Source of the DNA: Gemmatimonadota bacterium
Lineage (GTDB): Bacteria > Gemmatimonadota > Gemmatimonadetes > JACCXV01 > JAHWKZ01
Reading direction: 5' to 3'
NCBI GenBank assembly: GCA_035708865.1
Contig: DASTFF010000001.1
Location: 4,333 to 68,332 of the forward strand
DNA length: 64,000 bases
The position numbers and the translations under genes are program-made. The notes beneath the pieces were generated by a model. That model was not told the DNA's origin and did not search any database. It worked only from the letters and a program-made list of their open reading frames with translations. Below are positions 8,724-20,294 of this stretch, one piece after another; position 1 is the first letter of the stretch, and each line of letters begins with the position of its first letter.

Positions 8724-9172
8724 ATGGGCTCCTCCGCGCCCGGCGGCGCGGAGGGGGCGCGCACCCGCAGGCGCATAAGCGCGGTCTGGTCCCCGGCCTC
8801 CAGCTTGTACCAGTAGACCCCCGCCGGCACCGGCTCCCCGTTCATATCCTGACCGTCCCATGCCACCCGGTGGAGTCCGCGCCCCTGGCGCTGGTCGACG
8901 AGGACGGCGACTTCCTGGGCCAGCAGGTTGTACACGGTGAGCCGCACGTGCGCCTCGTTCTCCAGCCGGTAGGTGAAGATCGTCGGGCTGACGCCGGGGG
9001 TGAACGGATTGGGGAAGTTCTGCTCGAGGCGGAAGCCGGCCTCCGCGCCGCCGGTCTGGGCCGACGCCGACGGCGGCACGATCAGCGCGCCCGCCAGCAG
9101 CGCGAGGAGGGCCGGGCGTGCGATCCGGCTACGGGGCCCGGACGACCCAGGCGTCGGCGTAGCCGGCGGCAC
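8708..9172 (-). CDS. Secreted mini-protein consisting of a signal peptide plus a T9SS C-terminal sorting domain (Por_Secre_tail / FlgD-Ig-like)
   Basis: RLEQNFPNPFTPGVSPTIFTYRL..VRLTVYNLLAQEVAVLVD..GLHRVAWDGQDMNGEPVPAGVYWYKLEAGDQTALMRLRV fits the T9SS type-A CTD pattern. Preceded by ARPALLALLAGALIVPPSASA. GTG start at 9172 is tentative. Confidence 0.6.
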   Translation of the reverse strand: MPPATPTPGSSGPRSRIARPALLALLAGALIVPPSASAQTGGAEAGFRLEQNFPNPFTPGVSPTIFTYRLENEAHVRLTVYNLLAQEVAVLVDQRQGRGLHRVAWDGQDMNGEPVPAGVYWYKLEAGDQTALMRLRVRAPSAPPGAEEPIQGMR

Positions 9173-9770
9173 GGATGCGGTCCCGCGCGCGCGCCCCGGC
9201 GTGCTCGTCCTGGAAGCGGCCCAGGAAGACGCGCACCAGGCCGTCGGGCCCGGCGACCCTCCAGGCCGGCAGGTCGCGGAATCTCTGCTGGAGTTCTCGA
9301 ATGCGGACAAGGGCTCCCGTGTCGCTACCGAAGGCTCCCATCTGAAGGGTCCAAAGTCCGTCGCGGGACGTCGGGTCCGGCGCGGCCACGGCCGGCGGGA
9401 CCCGAGCGGCCGGCACCCCTTGATTATACTGGTCGTCCGACCCCAGGGTTCCGAGGAGCTCTGCGGTGCTCGGGTCACCGCGGTCGCGGGGGGTCGTGAT
9501 CGGGGCCGGCCGGGCCGCGCCCGCCCCGCCTGCGGCGGCCACCGAATCGGGGTGGACGAACGGCTCGTAGACGCCCGCCGCCAGCGCCTCGGCCTGGCTC
9601 TCGAAGTCGGGCCGGGCGGCTTCCCGGGCGGCCTCGAACTCCGGGTCGCCGGACCGGTCGGGGGTCGGCTCCGCCCCTCGCTCAGGTGACGACGCGCAGG
9701 CGAGCGCGGTCACGACCGCCAGCAGGGCGACCGTCGACAGCAGCGCCGCGGATCGCCGCCCGGGCCTCAT
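9129..9770 (-). CDS. SPOR-domain lipoprotein
   Basis: MRPGRRSAALLSTVALLAVVTALAC lipoprotein signal. C-terminal SPOR fold WTLQMGAFGSDTGALVRIREL..WRVAGPDGLVRVFLGRF..AGYADAWVV. ATG at 9770 overlaps the selB TGA (ATGA). Confidence 0.7.
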   Translation of the reverse strand: MRPGRRSAALLSTVALLAVVTALACASSPERGAEPTPDRSGDPEFEAAREAARPDFESQAEALAAGVYEPFVHPDSVAAAGGAGAARPAPITTPRDRGDPSTAELLGTLGSDDQYNQGVPAARVPPAVAAPDPTSRDGLWTLQMGAFGSDTGALVRIRELQQRFRDLPAWRVAGPDGLVRVFLGRFQDEHAGARARDRIRAAGYADAWVVRAP

Positions 9771-11677
9771 CCCGCCTTCCCCAGCGTGCGCCGGTTTCCC
9801 TCGCGGCGGGTGATCCCGACCCGGTCGAAGTGCTCGAGGACCGGGATGAGGTACTTGCGGCTGACCTGCAGAGTCTCCTTGCATATCCCGGTGTCGGCCC
9901 CGCCATGGCGCACGATGGCGGCGGTGAGCGCCCCGCGGGCGCGCTCCAGGGCCCCGGCGTCCGCCCACCAGTCGCTGGCCAGCCGGACCAGCCGTCCCTC
10001 GGCCTCCAGGTATCTCAGCACGGCTCGAAGGCGCCCCACCTCGATCCCCAGAACCGCGGCGACGCCGCCGGTCTCGGGCGCCTCGAGCCCCGCCTCCCGA
10101 TAGCGGTCCAGGACGGCCGCCACCAGCCGCTCCGCCTCCGGGTCGAGCTCGGCCGCCCGGCCGGCCTCGGCCAGCGCGGTCCCGCGCCGTTCCAGCGTCC
10201 GCTCGCCGATCAGCGTCTCGATGGCCGACTCGACGAGCGCGGGATCGGCGTCGGGGACCGCCCGCCGGGCGGCGGGCAGCGGCAGTCCGGGCTCGAGCGG
10301 GTGGCTCTGGTGCCGGCGGGCGGTCTCGGCCGCGATCTCCGCCATGACGAGCTGCCGGGCGCCCTGGGGGAACCACCGCCCGCCGTGCCGCTCGACCTCC
10401 TCCCCGGCGGCGATCGCGGTCAGCGACTCCCGGGTCAGACCCGTCTCCACCGGCAGGTCCCGCTCGGCGACCCCCCGCACGCCGGCCAGCCACAGGACCG
10501 CCGCCAGGCGCCCCGGCCCGCGCGCCTCGGCCAGGCTGGCCAGGATCCGCGCGCGCTCGGCGCGCGCGTGGCCGCGGGTCCAGCTCGGCGTCCGCGCCAG
10601 GACCTCCCCGCCGCCGATCGTGGCCACCGGGCTGTAGGACCGCAGCACGAGCCGATCCCCGACCGCGGGGACGACCGGCTTCTCCAGGATCAGGAGCGCC
10701 ATCGACGCGGTGCCGGGTGGAACGGGTTTCGACTCGTACGTCCGGACCCGCGCCATCACCTCCGCAGTCCCGTGATGGACGCGCACCCGATCCCCACTCT
10801 TGAGGGGCCGGGGCGCACGGGCCGCCAGCCAGAGCCTCGCATCCAGCCGCCGCACCGCCTGCCACCCCCCGTCAGGATCGATCAGCATAGCGCCGCGCCG
10901 CAGACCGCCGGCGGAAGGGCCCGTCAGGGCGAGCGCCGCCCGCGACCCTGCGGCCGCCCTCGCCACCGGCCGGCCATGAACCTCCAGCGAGCGGATCCGG
11001 AGCGTGCCTGCGCCGGGATGGACTGCCACCGTCGCACCCTCGGCGACCTCGCCGCTCCAGATCGTTCCGGTCACCACCGTCCCCGCCCCCGCCACGCGGA
11101 ACGCCCGGTCGACCGGCATCCGGAAGGGGAAGCCTACGGGCCGCTCGCCGACCGCTGAGAGGACCGCCGCCAGCGCCGATCGGAGGCGGTCCAGACCGGT
11201 CCCCCGGAGCGCGGAGACGACGACGATCTCGGCCCCGGCGAGCGCTGAGCCCGCGAGGTCCTCGCGCACTGTCTCGACCACCAGCCGGGCCCAGTCGGGC
11301 GTCACCAGGTCGGCCTTGGTCACCGCGACGACGCCCCGCTCCACGCCGAGCGCCTCGAGGACCAGCAGGTGCTCATGGCTCTGCGGCATGAACCCTTCAT
11401 CCGCGGCGACGGTGAACAGCACCGCGTCGATCCCGCTGGCCCCGGCCACCATGGTCCGAATGAACCCCTCGTGCCCCGGGACGTCGACCACGCTCGCCGG
11501 CGGGGCCCCGGGGCCGAGGTCCAGAGGGGCGAAGCCGAGATCGATCGAGATCCCGCGCTCCCGCTCCTCCGGGAGCCGGTCGGTCCACACGCCGGTCAGC
11601 GCCTGGACGAGGGCCGTCTTGCCGTGATCGATGTGGCCGGCCGTGCCGACGACCCTGCGGGACGCGCGGTCGGTCAT
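9767..11677 (-). CDS. selB: Selenocysteine-specific elongation factor SelB
   Basis: GHIDHGKT, DVPGHE and TKAD G-motifs followed by multiple winged-helix domains. ATG at 11677 (MTDRASRRVVGTAGHIDHGKT) overlaps the recO stop (ATGA). The upstream 106 codons of the track ORF are rejected. Confidence 0.9.
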   Translation of the reverse strand: MTDRASRRVVGTAGHIDHGKTALVQALTGVWTDRLPEERERGISIDLGFAPLDLGPGAPPASVVDVPGHEGFIRTMVAGASGIDAVLFTVAADEGFMPQSHEHLLVLEALGVERGVVAVTKADLVTPDWARLVVETVREDLAGSALAGAEIVVVSALRGTGLDRLRSALAAVLSAVGERPVGFPFRMPVDRAFRVAGAGTVVTGTIWSGEVAEGATVAVHPGAGTLRIRSLEVHGRPVARAAAGSRAALALTGPSAGGLRRGAMLIDPDGGWQAVRRLDARLWLAARAPRPLKSGDRVRVHHGTAEVMARVRTYESKPVPPGTASMALLILEKPVVPAVGDRLVLRSYSPVATIGGGEVLARTPSWTRGHARAERARILASLAEARGPGRLAAVLWLAGVRGVAERDLPVETGLTRESLTAIAAGEEVERHGGRWFPQGARQLVMAEIAAETARRHQSHPLEPGLPLPAARRAVPDADPALVESAIETLIGERTLERRGTALAEAGRAAELDPEAERLVAAVLDRYREAGLEAPETGGVAAVLGIEVGRLRAVLRYLEAEGRLVRLASDWWADAGALERARGALTAAIVRHGGADTGICKETLQVSRKYLIPVLEHFDRVGITRREGNRRTLGKAG

Positions 11678-12408
11678 GCCGCCTCCGGCTTCAGGTCCGC
11701 GTGCCAGCGGACGAAGTCGTGGACCAGCTCCTGGACGAGAAGCTCCTCCCGGTTCGCTGTCGTCAAGCCTTCCAGGAGGCGGTAGTCCGGATGCGCATAA
11801 AGCGCGAGAAACGCGTAGCCCCGCGCCGGCAGCCTCCGCTGGCCGGGCCGCATCGCGCACCCCGGGCAGACGAGGCCGCCCTCGCCGATCGAGAACGCCA
11901 GCTCGCCGCCGTCGGGTAGCTCGCGGCCGCAGCCGACACAGGCGTCCAGCCGCGGCGCGACGCCGAGCTCGCCGGCGGCGGCCAGCCGGTGCCACGTCTC
12001 CCAGCGCCGCTCGGTCCCCGCCCGGGCCCGCTCGAGGCGCTCGAGCCCGGCCACGGTGAGGGCGTACAGCGAGGGGTGCGGGGCCCCGTCCGGAAGCACC
12101 GCCTGGAGGAACCGGAACCAGCGCCCGGCGGCCTCCAGGCGCGGGAGGGACGCCGCGATCCCGCGGTGCGCCTCCAGCAGGTCGACGCCCGACAAGGTCT
12201 GCACCTCGCGGCCCTCCTTCCGGTAGTAGGTCACCAGAAGCCGCCGAAAGGTGCCCAGCGAAGCCCCGAAGCGGCTCTTCGGGCCGCGCACGCCCTTGGC
12301 GATGACGGGGACCACGCCGGCGTCGCGCGTGAACAGCCGGTAGATCATGCTCGTTTCGCCGAAACGGACGGCTTTCAGCACGAACGCTTCGGTCCTGACG
12401 ATGGCCAT
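11674..12408 (-). CDS. recO: DNA repair protein RecO
   Basis: MAIVRTEAFVLKAVRFGETS N-terminus plus C4 zinc motif CVGCGR..CPGC. ATG at 12408 overlaps the mgtE TAA (TAATG). Confidence 0.85.
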   Translation of the reverse strand: MAIVRTEAFVLKAVRFGETSMIYRLFTRDAGVVPVIAKGVRGPKSRFGASLGTFRRLLVTYYRKEGREVQTLSGVDLLEAHRGIAASLPRLEAAGRWFRFLQAVLPDGAPHPSLYALTVAGLERLERARAGTERRWETWHRLAAAGELGVAPRLDACVGCGRELPDGGELAFSIGEGGLVCPGCAMRPGQRRLPARGYAFLALYAHPDYRLLEGLTTANREELLVQELVHDFVRWHADLKPEAA

Positions 12409-13769
12409 TACAGCAGCCCGCCCAGGAAGATCGTCGCCGAGCCGAGGATCAGCAGGAACGACACGATGTCGGTCATGGTCGTCAGGAAGACCGACGACGA
12501 GACCGCCGGATCCAGGCCGAGCCGGTGAAGCAGGATCGGGAACGACGCCCCCCACAGGACGCCAATCGAGATCGCCACCCACATCGAGGCTCCGACCACC
12601 AGCCCGACCCGCAATTCTCCCTGCCACAGCACCCCACCCAGGCCGATGCACGACGCGATCACGAAGCCTATCACGAGCCCCGCCACGACCTCGCGCGCCA
12701 CCGACCGCAGCGGGCGGAAGGGGGTGCTCGACAGGGCCAGCCGCCGGACCGCGACGGCCGTCGCCTGGACGGCGGAGTTGCCGGCCATGGCCGCCACCAC
12801 CGGCATGAACACCGCGATGAACGCCATCCGTTCGATCGTCTCCTCGAAGTACGCCACGACGAGCGCGCCCAGACCGGAGGTGAAGAGCGTGATCAGCAGC
12901 CACGGAATCCGCGAACGGACGATCTCGCTCGGCGTGGCGTACGTCTCCTCCTCCTGGTGGACGCCGGAGAGCCGGAAGATGTCCTCGGTCGCCTCGGCCT
13001 CGAGGATGTCGATCACGTCGTCGACCGTGATGCGGCCGAGCAGCCGGTCGAACTCGTCGACAACCGGGATCGAGATCAGGTTGTACTTGGCGATGAGCCG
13101 CGCGACCTCCTCCTGATCGACGGTCGGCAGCACGCGGACGACGTCCGCCTCCATGATCTGCTCGACACGCGTTCCCCCGTCCGCGACGATCAGGTAGCGC
13201 AGGGGCAGGGTCCCTACAAGGCGGCCCTCGTCGTCGACGACATAGACGGTGAAGAAGTCGCGCACCTCCTGCCCCTGCCGGCGGACCGCCGCAATCGCCT
13301 CGTCGGCGGTCAGCGTGGCGGGGACGCTCACGAGGTCGGTGGTCATCACGCCGCCCGCCGACTCGTCGTCGTAGCGCATCAGGGCGGCGATCTCCCGGGA
13401 CTCCTCGGGCTCGATCGCGTCCAGGATCGCGCGCGCGTGACGGGCCGGGAGTTCGCTCAGGATGTCGGCGGCGTCGTCGAGCTCGAGCTCGCGGAAGAGG
13501 GCCTGCCGCTCCGCCTCTTCGACCCCGACCAGGAGCTCCGGCCACCACTCCTCTTCGACCTCGCTCAGCGTCTCGGCGCGGAGCTCCCGGGGCACGCGAC
13601 GGAAGAACGAGACGCGCTCGTCGCCGTCCAGCCGGTCGATGATCTCGGCCAGGTCCGCCGGCCGCAGCTCGCCGAGCAGCGAGTCGACGGCGGAGGCGTC
13701 GCCCCCGTCCGCGAGGGTGCCCAGGATACGGTCGACCAGCTCCTTGGTCTGTTCGGCCGATTCCGCCAC
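12408..13769 (-). CDS. mgtE: Magnesium transporter MgtE
   Basis: MgtE N-domain, tandem CBS domains and a C-terminal TM domain; full-length 453 aa with a GTG start. Confidence 0.9.
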   Translation of the reverse strand: MAESAEQTKELVDRILGTLADGGDASAVDSLLGELRPADLAEIIDRLDGDERVSFFRRVPRELRAETLSEVEEEWWPELLVGVEEAERQALFRELELDDAADILSELPARHARAILDAIEPEESREIAALMRYDDESAGGVMTTDLVSVPATLTADEAIAAVRRQGQEVRDFFTVYVVDDEGRLVGTLPLRYLIVADGGTRVEQIMEADVVRVLPTVDQEEVARLIAKYNLISIPVVDEFDRLLGRITVDDVIDILEAEATEDIFRLSGVHQEEETYATPSEIVRSRIPWLLITLFTSGLGALVVAYFEETIERMAFIAVFMPVVAAMAGNSAVQATAVAVRRLALSSTPFRPLRSVAREVVAGLVIGFVIASCIGLGGVLWQGELRVGLVVGASMWVAISIGVLWGASFPILLHRLGLDPAVSSSVFLTTMTDIVSFLLILGSATIFLGGLL

Positions 13770-13890
13770 GATGGGGGCTGCTCCGGGCGCGGGGAGTGAT
13801 GGCCCGCGAACGCGGGGCGCGCGCTCGGGGACCGGGGTCGGGCGACGGGTTCCGCGGCGCGATTCAATCTGGATAGCGGGCCGGTTGCCG

Positions 13891-14322
13891 TCAACGCGCG
13901 AGGCGCGCCACCCACTCCTCCTGAAGCGCGATCATCGCGCGCTCGGCCGCGGGGGTGCGGTGATCGCGCCCGGCCAGATGCAGCGCGCCGTGGACGAAGA
14001 GCCGCACGATCTCCCGCCCGACAGGCTCCTTGCGGGCGGCGGCCTGTGCCTCCGCGTGTGGAAGCGACACGAAGACGTCACCGAGGCTCCCTCCGGCGAC
14101 CTCGGGGTCGTACGGAAACGCGAGCACGTCGGTGGGGGCGTCGATTCCGCGGAAGCGGCGGTTGAGATCCCCGAGCTCCGCGGAGCCGGTCAGGACACAA
14201 TGGACCTCGCCTTCGGCGCGTGGCCACTCCGACTCCAGCAGACGCGCCAGCGCCGCGCCCGGAAACGGGTCCAGATCAGCCGGGGGTGGTACCGACGGAT
14301 GGAACCGAACCGCGATCCGCAT
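13891..14322 (-). CDS. ybeY: rRNA maturation RNase YbeY
   Basis: HGALHLAGRDH zinc-binding motif. 143 aa from the ATG at 14322; the upstream part of the track ORF is rejected. Confidence 0.85.
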   Translation of the reverse strand: MRIAVRFHPSVPPPADLDPFPGAALARLLESEWPRAEGEVHCVLTGSAELGDLNRRFRGIDAPTDVLAFPYDPEVAGGSLGDVFVSLPHAEAQAAARKEPVGREIVRLFVHGALHLAGRDHRTPAAERAMIALQEEWVARLAR

Positions 14323-16546
14323 CGGGGTCCTGGACCTCCGGGGCGTGGAGCGAGACCGACGGGTAGTCGACCCGCTGGTGGTGCATGCCGCACAGGACCC
14401 CCACGAACTTCTCCTGCACGATGGCCAGGTCGCGGAAGGTGAGATCGGCGTCGTCCAGCTGGTGCTCCTCGAGCTTGAGCTCCACGATCGTTCGCACGAC
14501 CTCCTCGAACCGCTCGGGAGAAGAGTCGCGGACGACGCGGCTTGCCGCCTCCACCGAGTCCGCCAGCATGACGACCGCGGTCTCCTTCGAGCGGGGGCGC
14601 GGTCCGGGATAGATGAAATCCTGGAGCGCAACCGGCTCCAGCCGTCCTTCCCTCTCGGCCTGGTGCCAGAAGTAGGACAGCCGCGTCGTTCCGTGATGCT
14701 CGCGAACGAAGTCGATCACGCTTTCGGGCAGACCCGCGCCGCGGGCCATGGCGACACCCTCGCTCACGTGCCGCGAGACGATCCGCGCGCTGGCGGCGGG
14801 ACGCAACGAGTTGTGGGGGTTGATGCCATCACGCTGGTTCTCGACGAAGTATTCGGGGCGCCTGATCTTCCCGATGTCGTGGTAGTACGCGCCGACGCGG
14901 GCAAGGAGCGAGTTCGACCCGATCCCCTCGGCCGCCGCCTCGGCCAGGTTCCCGACGACCACCGAGTGATGGAAGGTGCCAGGGGCCTCGACCAGGAGCT
15001 GCTTGAGGATCGGCCGGTTGAGGTCGGCCAGCTCGAGGAGCGTCAGGTCGGTCGTCCGCCCCGAGGCCCACTCGAGGATCGGCAGGAGCCCCATGGCGAT
15101 GAACACCGACAGCGCCGCGCTCAGCGCCCCCCACGCGAGGGCCACCGCCAGGTCCACCGAGGTCCACAGCTGAACGAGCGCGAGGCTCCCGAGAGCGAAG
15201 GTGTGGCCGACGATGATGAAGAGGAGCGACTCGTAGAACTGCGTGCGGCGCCGGATCCGGCGCACGCTCCAGGCGCCGGCAAGACCACCCAGGAGGCCGG
15301 TCCAGAGGACCGGAAAGCCGAGCTCGACCTGGCCCACGATCAGCACCGACAGGAACAGCGTGGTGGCGACGCTCAGCCGGGCGTCCCAGAGGATGGCGAC
15401 AAGGATCGAGCCGAGGGCCACCGGAGCGGCGAAGTCGGGCATCGCGTCGACACGCTCGGCGAACGCAGCCAGCCCGACGACCAGCACCCAGACCATCGCC
15501 AGGACGGACAGCGCCCGGTAGTCGTCGAAGATGTCCCGCCGGTACTGGAAGAGGTAGAAACCGTAGAGGAAGAGGATCGCGATCCCGATCGCGAATCCAC
15601 CCAGGCCCGCCCGGACGTCGTCGGCCGAGAAGCCGGCGTGACGCAGGTCCAGCTCCTGCCTCAGGCTGGCCACCTTCGCGTACTGCTCGGGGGTCACCCG
15701 TGTGTGCGCGGCCACGATCAGCTCGCCGCGCAGGACCTCGCCGGCGTACGGGCTCACCGAGCGCCGCGCCTCCTCGCGCCGGACCGTCGTCAGCGCCGGA
15801 CGCGCCTCCAGGTTGGGTGGCATGAGGGCCGGGAGAAGATCGAGGACCAGCCGCCGGAGTTCGGGATCCAGCCGCTCGGCCCGCCGCGCGAGGGGCGCGA
15901 TCTCGGCCCCCGCCTCGAGGGACACGAGGGCGTCCCTGGATACGATCTCGGCGTCGCCTTCAGACCGGACTTCGAGCTGGGTCCCCACGATGGCCGACGC
16001 CTCGTCCCCCGCCAGCAGCCAGCTCTCTTCGTACACCCCGGGCACGGACTGCCGGGCGAACTCCCGCAGGCGCTCGCGGACTCCGGGATCGGTCAGCTCG
16101 CGCAGCTCCGATGCCCGGAGGTCGACTGCCCTGGCGCCGATCCTCGCCAGCTCGGGATGCGCCGCCACCGACTCGGGCGGTACCGCCGCGAAGCGGGCCA
16201 GGAACGCGTCGATCGCCGCCAGCGCCGAGTCCGCTCCCGCGGGGCGGACCGCGTAGACGGGAGGCACCGAGGCGGCCGCCTGCTCGCGCAGCTGCACGAG
16301 CTCCTGCTCGTCTCGGCGCACCGGGTAGTCGAACGGTGCGAGCAGGTCCTCCGAGGCGACCGCGCCGACCCGCACCGCAGGGATGTCGTAGCCGCCGGGT
16401 GGCGGGAAAAGGAACAGCGTGAACCCCGCCACCATCCCGCCCAGCACCAGCCGCAGCACCAGGTCGCGTCCCGACGTGGAATCTCTCGACGGGCGCCAGC
16501 CCGCCATCAGCGCCCGAAGCCACGCCCCCCAGCGCCCGCGGCTCAT
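14276..16546 (-). CDS. pgpH: 7TM-HD membrane phosphohydrolase PgpH/YqfF family (c-di-AMP phosphodiesterase type)
   Basis: Extracellular domain, 7TM region, then HD domain (HHSVVVGNLAEAAA..YYHDIGK). ATG overlaps the phoH TGA (ATGA). Conserved phoH-pgpH-ybeY synteny. Confidence 0.85.
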   Translation of the reverse strand: MSRGRWGAWLRALMAGWRPSRDSTSGRDLVLRLVLGGMVAGFTLFLFPPPGGYDIPAVRVGAVASEDLLAPFDYPVRRDEQELVQLREQAAASVPPVYAVRPAGADSALAAIDAFLARFAAVPPESVAAHPELARIGARAVDLRASELRELTDPGVRERLREFARQSVPGVYEESWLLAGDEASAIVGTQLEVRSEGDAEIVSRDALVSLEAGAEIAPLARRAERLDPELRRLVLDLLPALMPPNLEARPALTTVRREEARRSVSPYAGEVLRGELIVAAHTRVTPEQYAKVASLRQELDLRHAGFSADDVRAGLGGFAIGIAILFLYGFYLFQYRRDIFDDYRALSVLAMVWVLVVGLAAFAERVDAMPDFAAPVALGSILVAILWDARLSVATTLFLSVLIVGQVELGFPVLWTGLLGGLAGAWSVRRIRRRTQFYESLLFIIVGHTFALGSLALVQLWTSVDLAVALAWGALSAALSVFIAMGLLPILEWASGRTTDLTLLELADLNRPILKQLLVEAPGTFHHSVVVGNLAEAAAEGIGSNSLLARVGAYYHDIGKIRRPEYFVENQRDGINPHNSLRPAASARIVSRHVSEGVAMARGAGLPESVIDFVREHHGTTRLSYFWHQAEREGRLEPVALQDFIYPGPRPRSKETAVVMLADSVEAASRVVRDSSPERFEEVVRTIVELKLEEHQLDDADLTFRDLAIVQEKFVGVLCGMHHQRVDYPSVSLHAPEVQDPDADRGSVPSVGTTPG

Positions 16547-17568
16547 GGCTTCCCACTCTCCCTGCGCGGGCGCCTTGAAGGCGCCGCCGCATTCCGGTCC
16601 TGCCCGGTCTCCGAGGTCTCGTACGCTTCCAGGATGCGCTGCACGAGCGCGTGCCGGATCACGTCCCGGCCGGTGAGATAGACGAACGCGATCCCGTCGA
16701 TCCCCTTCAGGATGCGCTCCACCTGAAGCAGCCCCGACTCCTCGCGGGGAGGCAGGTCGATCTGGGTCTTGTCGCCGGTGACCACCGCGCGCGAGTTCAG
16801 GCCGAGCCGGGTGAGGAACATCTTCATCTGCCTGGTGGTGGCGTTCTGGGCCTCGTCCAGGATCACGAACGAATCCGCCAGCGTGCGCCCGCGCATGTAC
16901 GCCAGCGGAGCGATCTCGATCGTCCGCGCCTCGAGATAGCGCCTGACCTTCTCGTGGGGCAGCATATCCTCGAGCGCGTCGTACAGGGGACGCAAGTACG
17001 GGTCCACTTTCTCCTGCAGATCACCGGGCAGGAAGCCGAGCGTCTCGCCCGCCTCCACGGCCGGACGGGCCAGCACGATGCGGCGGACCATCTTGCGATG
17101 CAGGGCATCGAGGGCCATCGCCACCGCCAGGTAGGTCTTGCCGGTCCCGGCCGGCCCGATCGATACCGTGATGTCGTTCTCGGCCATGGCGGTCAGGTAC
17201 GCCTCCTGTCCCGCCGTCTTGGGCTTGATGATCTTCTGGGTCCCCCGGATCGGCACCCGCCCGCGCTCGAGTCGTTCGAGCGGATCCTCGGTGCCGGTCG
17301 CCAGCTCCTCGTAGAACCGGCGCACGTCGTCGCCATCGAACCCGGCGCCCGTCTGGACCAGGTTCACCAGGTGCTCGATCAGCGACGCGACCCGCGCGAC
17401 GACTTCAGGCGGCCCCTCGATGCGGAGCTCGCCGTGGCGGACGATCAGGCGCGCATCGCTCAGCCGCTCGATCAGCTTGAGGTTCTGATCGTTCGTTCCG
17501 AAGAGCGTGAGCTGGTCGACGCCGTCGAGGGGGATGGCGTGCTGGTGGGCCGTAGTCCGGGTGGGCAC
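16543..17568 (-). CDS. phoH: PhoH-like ATPase
   Basis: Walker A GPAGTGKTYLAV and the PhoH family core. Confidence 0.9.
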   Translation of the reverse strand: MPTRTTAHQHAIPLDGVDQLTLFGTNDQNLKLIERLSDARLIVRHGELRIEGPPEVVARVASLIEHLVNLVQTGAGFDGDDVRRFYEELATGTEDPLERLERGRVPIRGTQKIIKPKTAGQEAYLTAMAENDITVSIGPAGTGKTYLAVAMALDALHRKMVRRIVLARPAVEAGETLGFLPGDLQEKVDPYLRPLYDALEDMLPHEKVRRYLEARTIEIAPLAYMRGRTLADSFVILDEAQNATTRQMKMFLTRLGLNSRAVVTGDKTQIDLPPREESGLLQVERILKGIDGIAFVYLTGRDVIRHALVQRILEAYETSETGQDRNAAAPSRRPRRESGKP

Positions 17569-17603
17569 GTCGGAGCGAGTCTAACGATCGCCGCGCGAAG
17601 CGG

Positions 17604-19400
<1,797 letters not shown>

Positions 19401-19460
19401 GGATTCACCTCCGAGGGGAACGGACCGGCGTGGCCGGGCAGTATAGCCGTGGCCGGCGGC

Positions 19461-20294
19461 TCAGAACAAGCGTTCGGAATGGGCCCGGAGGACCTGGCGG
19501 CTGGGGATCGCCACCGGCATTCCCTCCGGGGAATCGAGGGTCAGCGTGGAGTCCAGCACCTGTTCCTGCTCGTGAAGGTCGAAGATCCGCTCTCCCGGGT
19601 CGTACAGGTAGTGGCCGCTGACGGTGCCCCGGCCCGAGAGCGAGACGTTGGAGCCCCCCAGCGTCCCCGAGCCCCGGACGACGATCGACCCCTCGTACTC
19701 GACCGGGACAACGGCCCGGCCGGCGAGCGCGCTCGTGTCGGAGACCGTGTAGTTCACCACCGTCTCGATCTCGGTGGTCACGCCCTGGAGGACCTCGGTC
19801 ACGGTCAGCGTGTCGGTCCACGAAGACACCGGCCGCTCCGCCGAGGGCAGGTGCGGTAGAAACGCGGTCGCCGCCCGTTCGACGTAGCGCGCGCCGAGCC
19901 CGGGCGGCACGACCCCGCTCGCCACCGCCTCGAGAACCACGCCGCGCGAGTTGGTGGTCAGGTTCACCACGGTGCCCCGCAGCTCCTCGACGCGCGGCGA
20001 CGGGAAGGCGCCCTCGACGCGCATCGACAGCTCGTCGAAGCCGAGCCGCCACAGCAGGCGGTTGCCGGGATGGAGCAGCGTCAGCCGGACGACCCCGCCG
20101 GACTTCAGGACGTAGAGGTTCTCACGCCCCAGGATGCGTTGTGAGACTTGCAGCTCGTTGTCGGTGCGGTAGCGGAAGGAGGCGCCCTGCTCGGGCCCGT
20201 AGCGGAGCGACTGCGCAGCGACCGGCGGGCACCCCAGCAGACCGACCGCCGCGCCCGCTCCCCAGGCGCAGGTTACGTACAGAGCTTTCCGCAA
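19461..20294 (-). CDS. Hypothetical secreted/lipoprotein (signal peptide, lipobox-like LLGC)
   Basis: Co-oriented and tightly packed between aspS and the transglycosylase gene, with normal composition and no recognisable domain. Ends in F. Confidence 0.45.
   Translation of the reverse strand: MRKALYVTCAWGAGAAVGLLGCPPVAAQSLRYGPEQGASFRYRTDNELQVSQRILGRENLYVLKSGGVVRLTLLHPGNRLLWRLGFDELSMRVEGAFPSPRVEELRGTVVNLTTNSRGVVLEAVASGVVPPGLGARYVERAATAFLPHLPSAERPVSSWTDTLTVTEVLQGVTTEIETVVNYTVSDTSALAGRAVVPVEYEGSIVVRGSGTLGGSNVSLSGRGTVSGHYLYDPGERIFDLHEQEQVLDSTLTLDSPEGMPVAIPSRQVLRAHSERLF

Noticed and set aside
9129-10865. 578-aa minus-strand ORF as a single protein
   Set aside because: Only the last 213 codons (SPOR lipoprotein from the ATG at 9770) are credible. 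The remainder overlaps selB in another frame and is Gly/Arg/Pro low-complexity.
13770-13890. Possible M-box (Mg) riboswitch upstream of mgtE
   Set aside because: The gap is only ~120 nt, too short for the ~160-nt M-box, and no conserved M-box helices were recognisable. More likely a plain promoter region.
14030-16681. 883-aa plus-strand ORF; also 17634..19859 (741 aa), 28245..30368 (707 aa), 34820..38719 (1299 aa), 40021..41457, 44558..46948, 59926..61938
   Set aside because: All are antisense to strongly supported housekeeping genes (pgpH, aspS, lon, dxs/recQ, xseA, pheT, thrS). They show D/R/G/P/H-rich low-complexity translation and are long only because GC-rich sequence has few stop codons.
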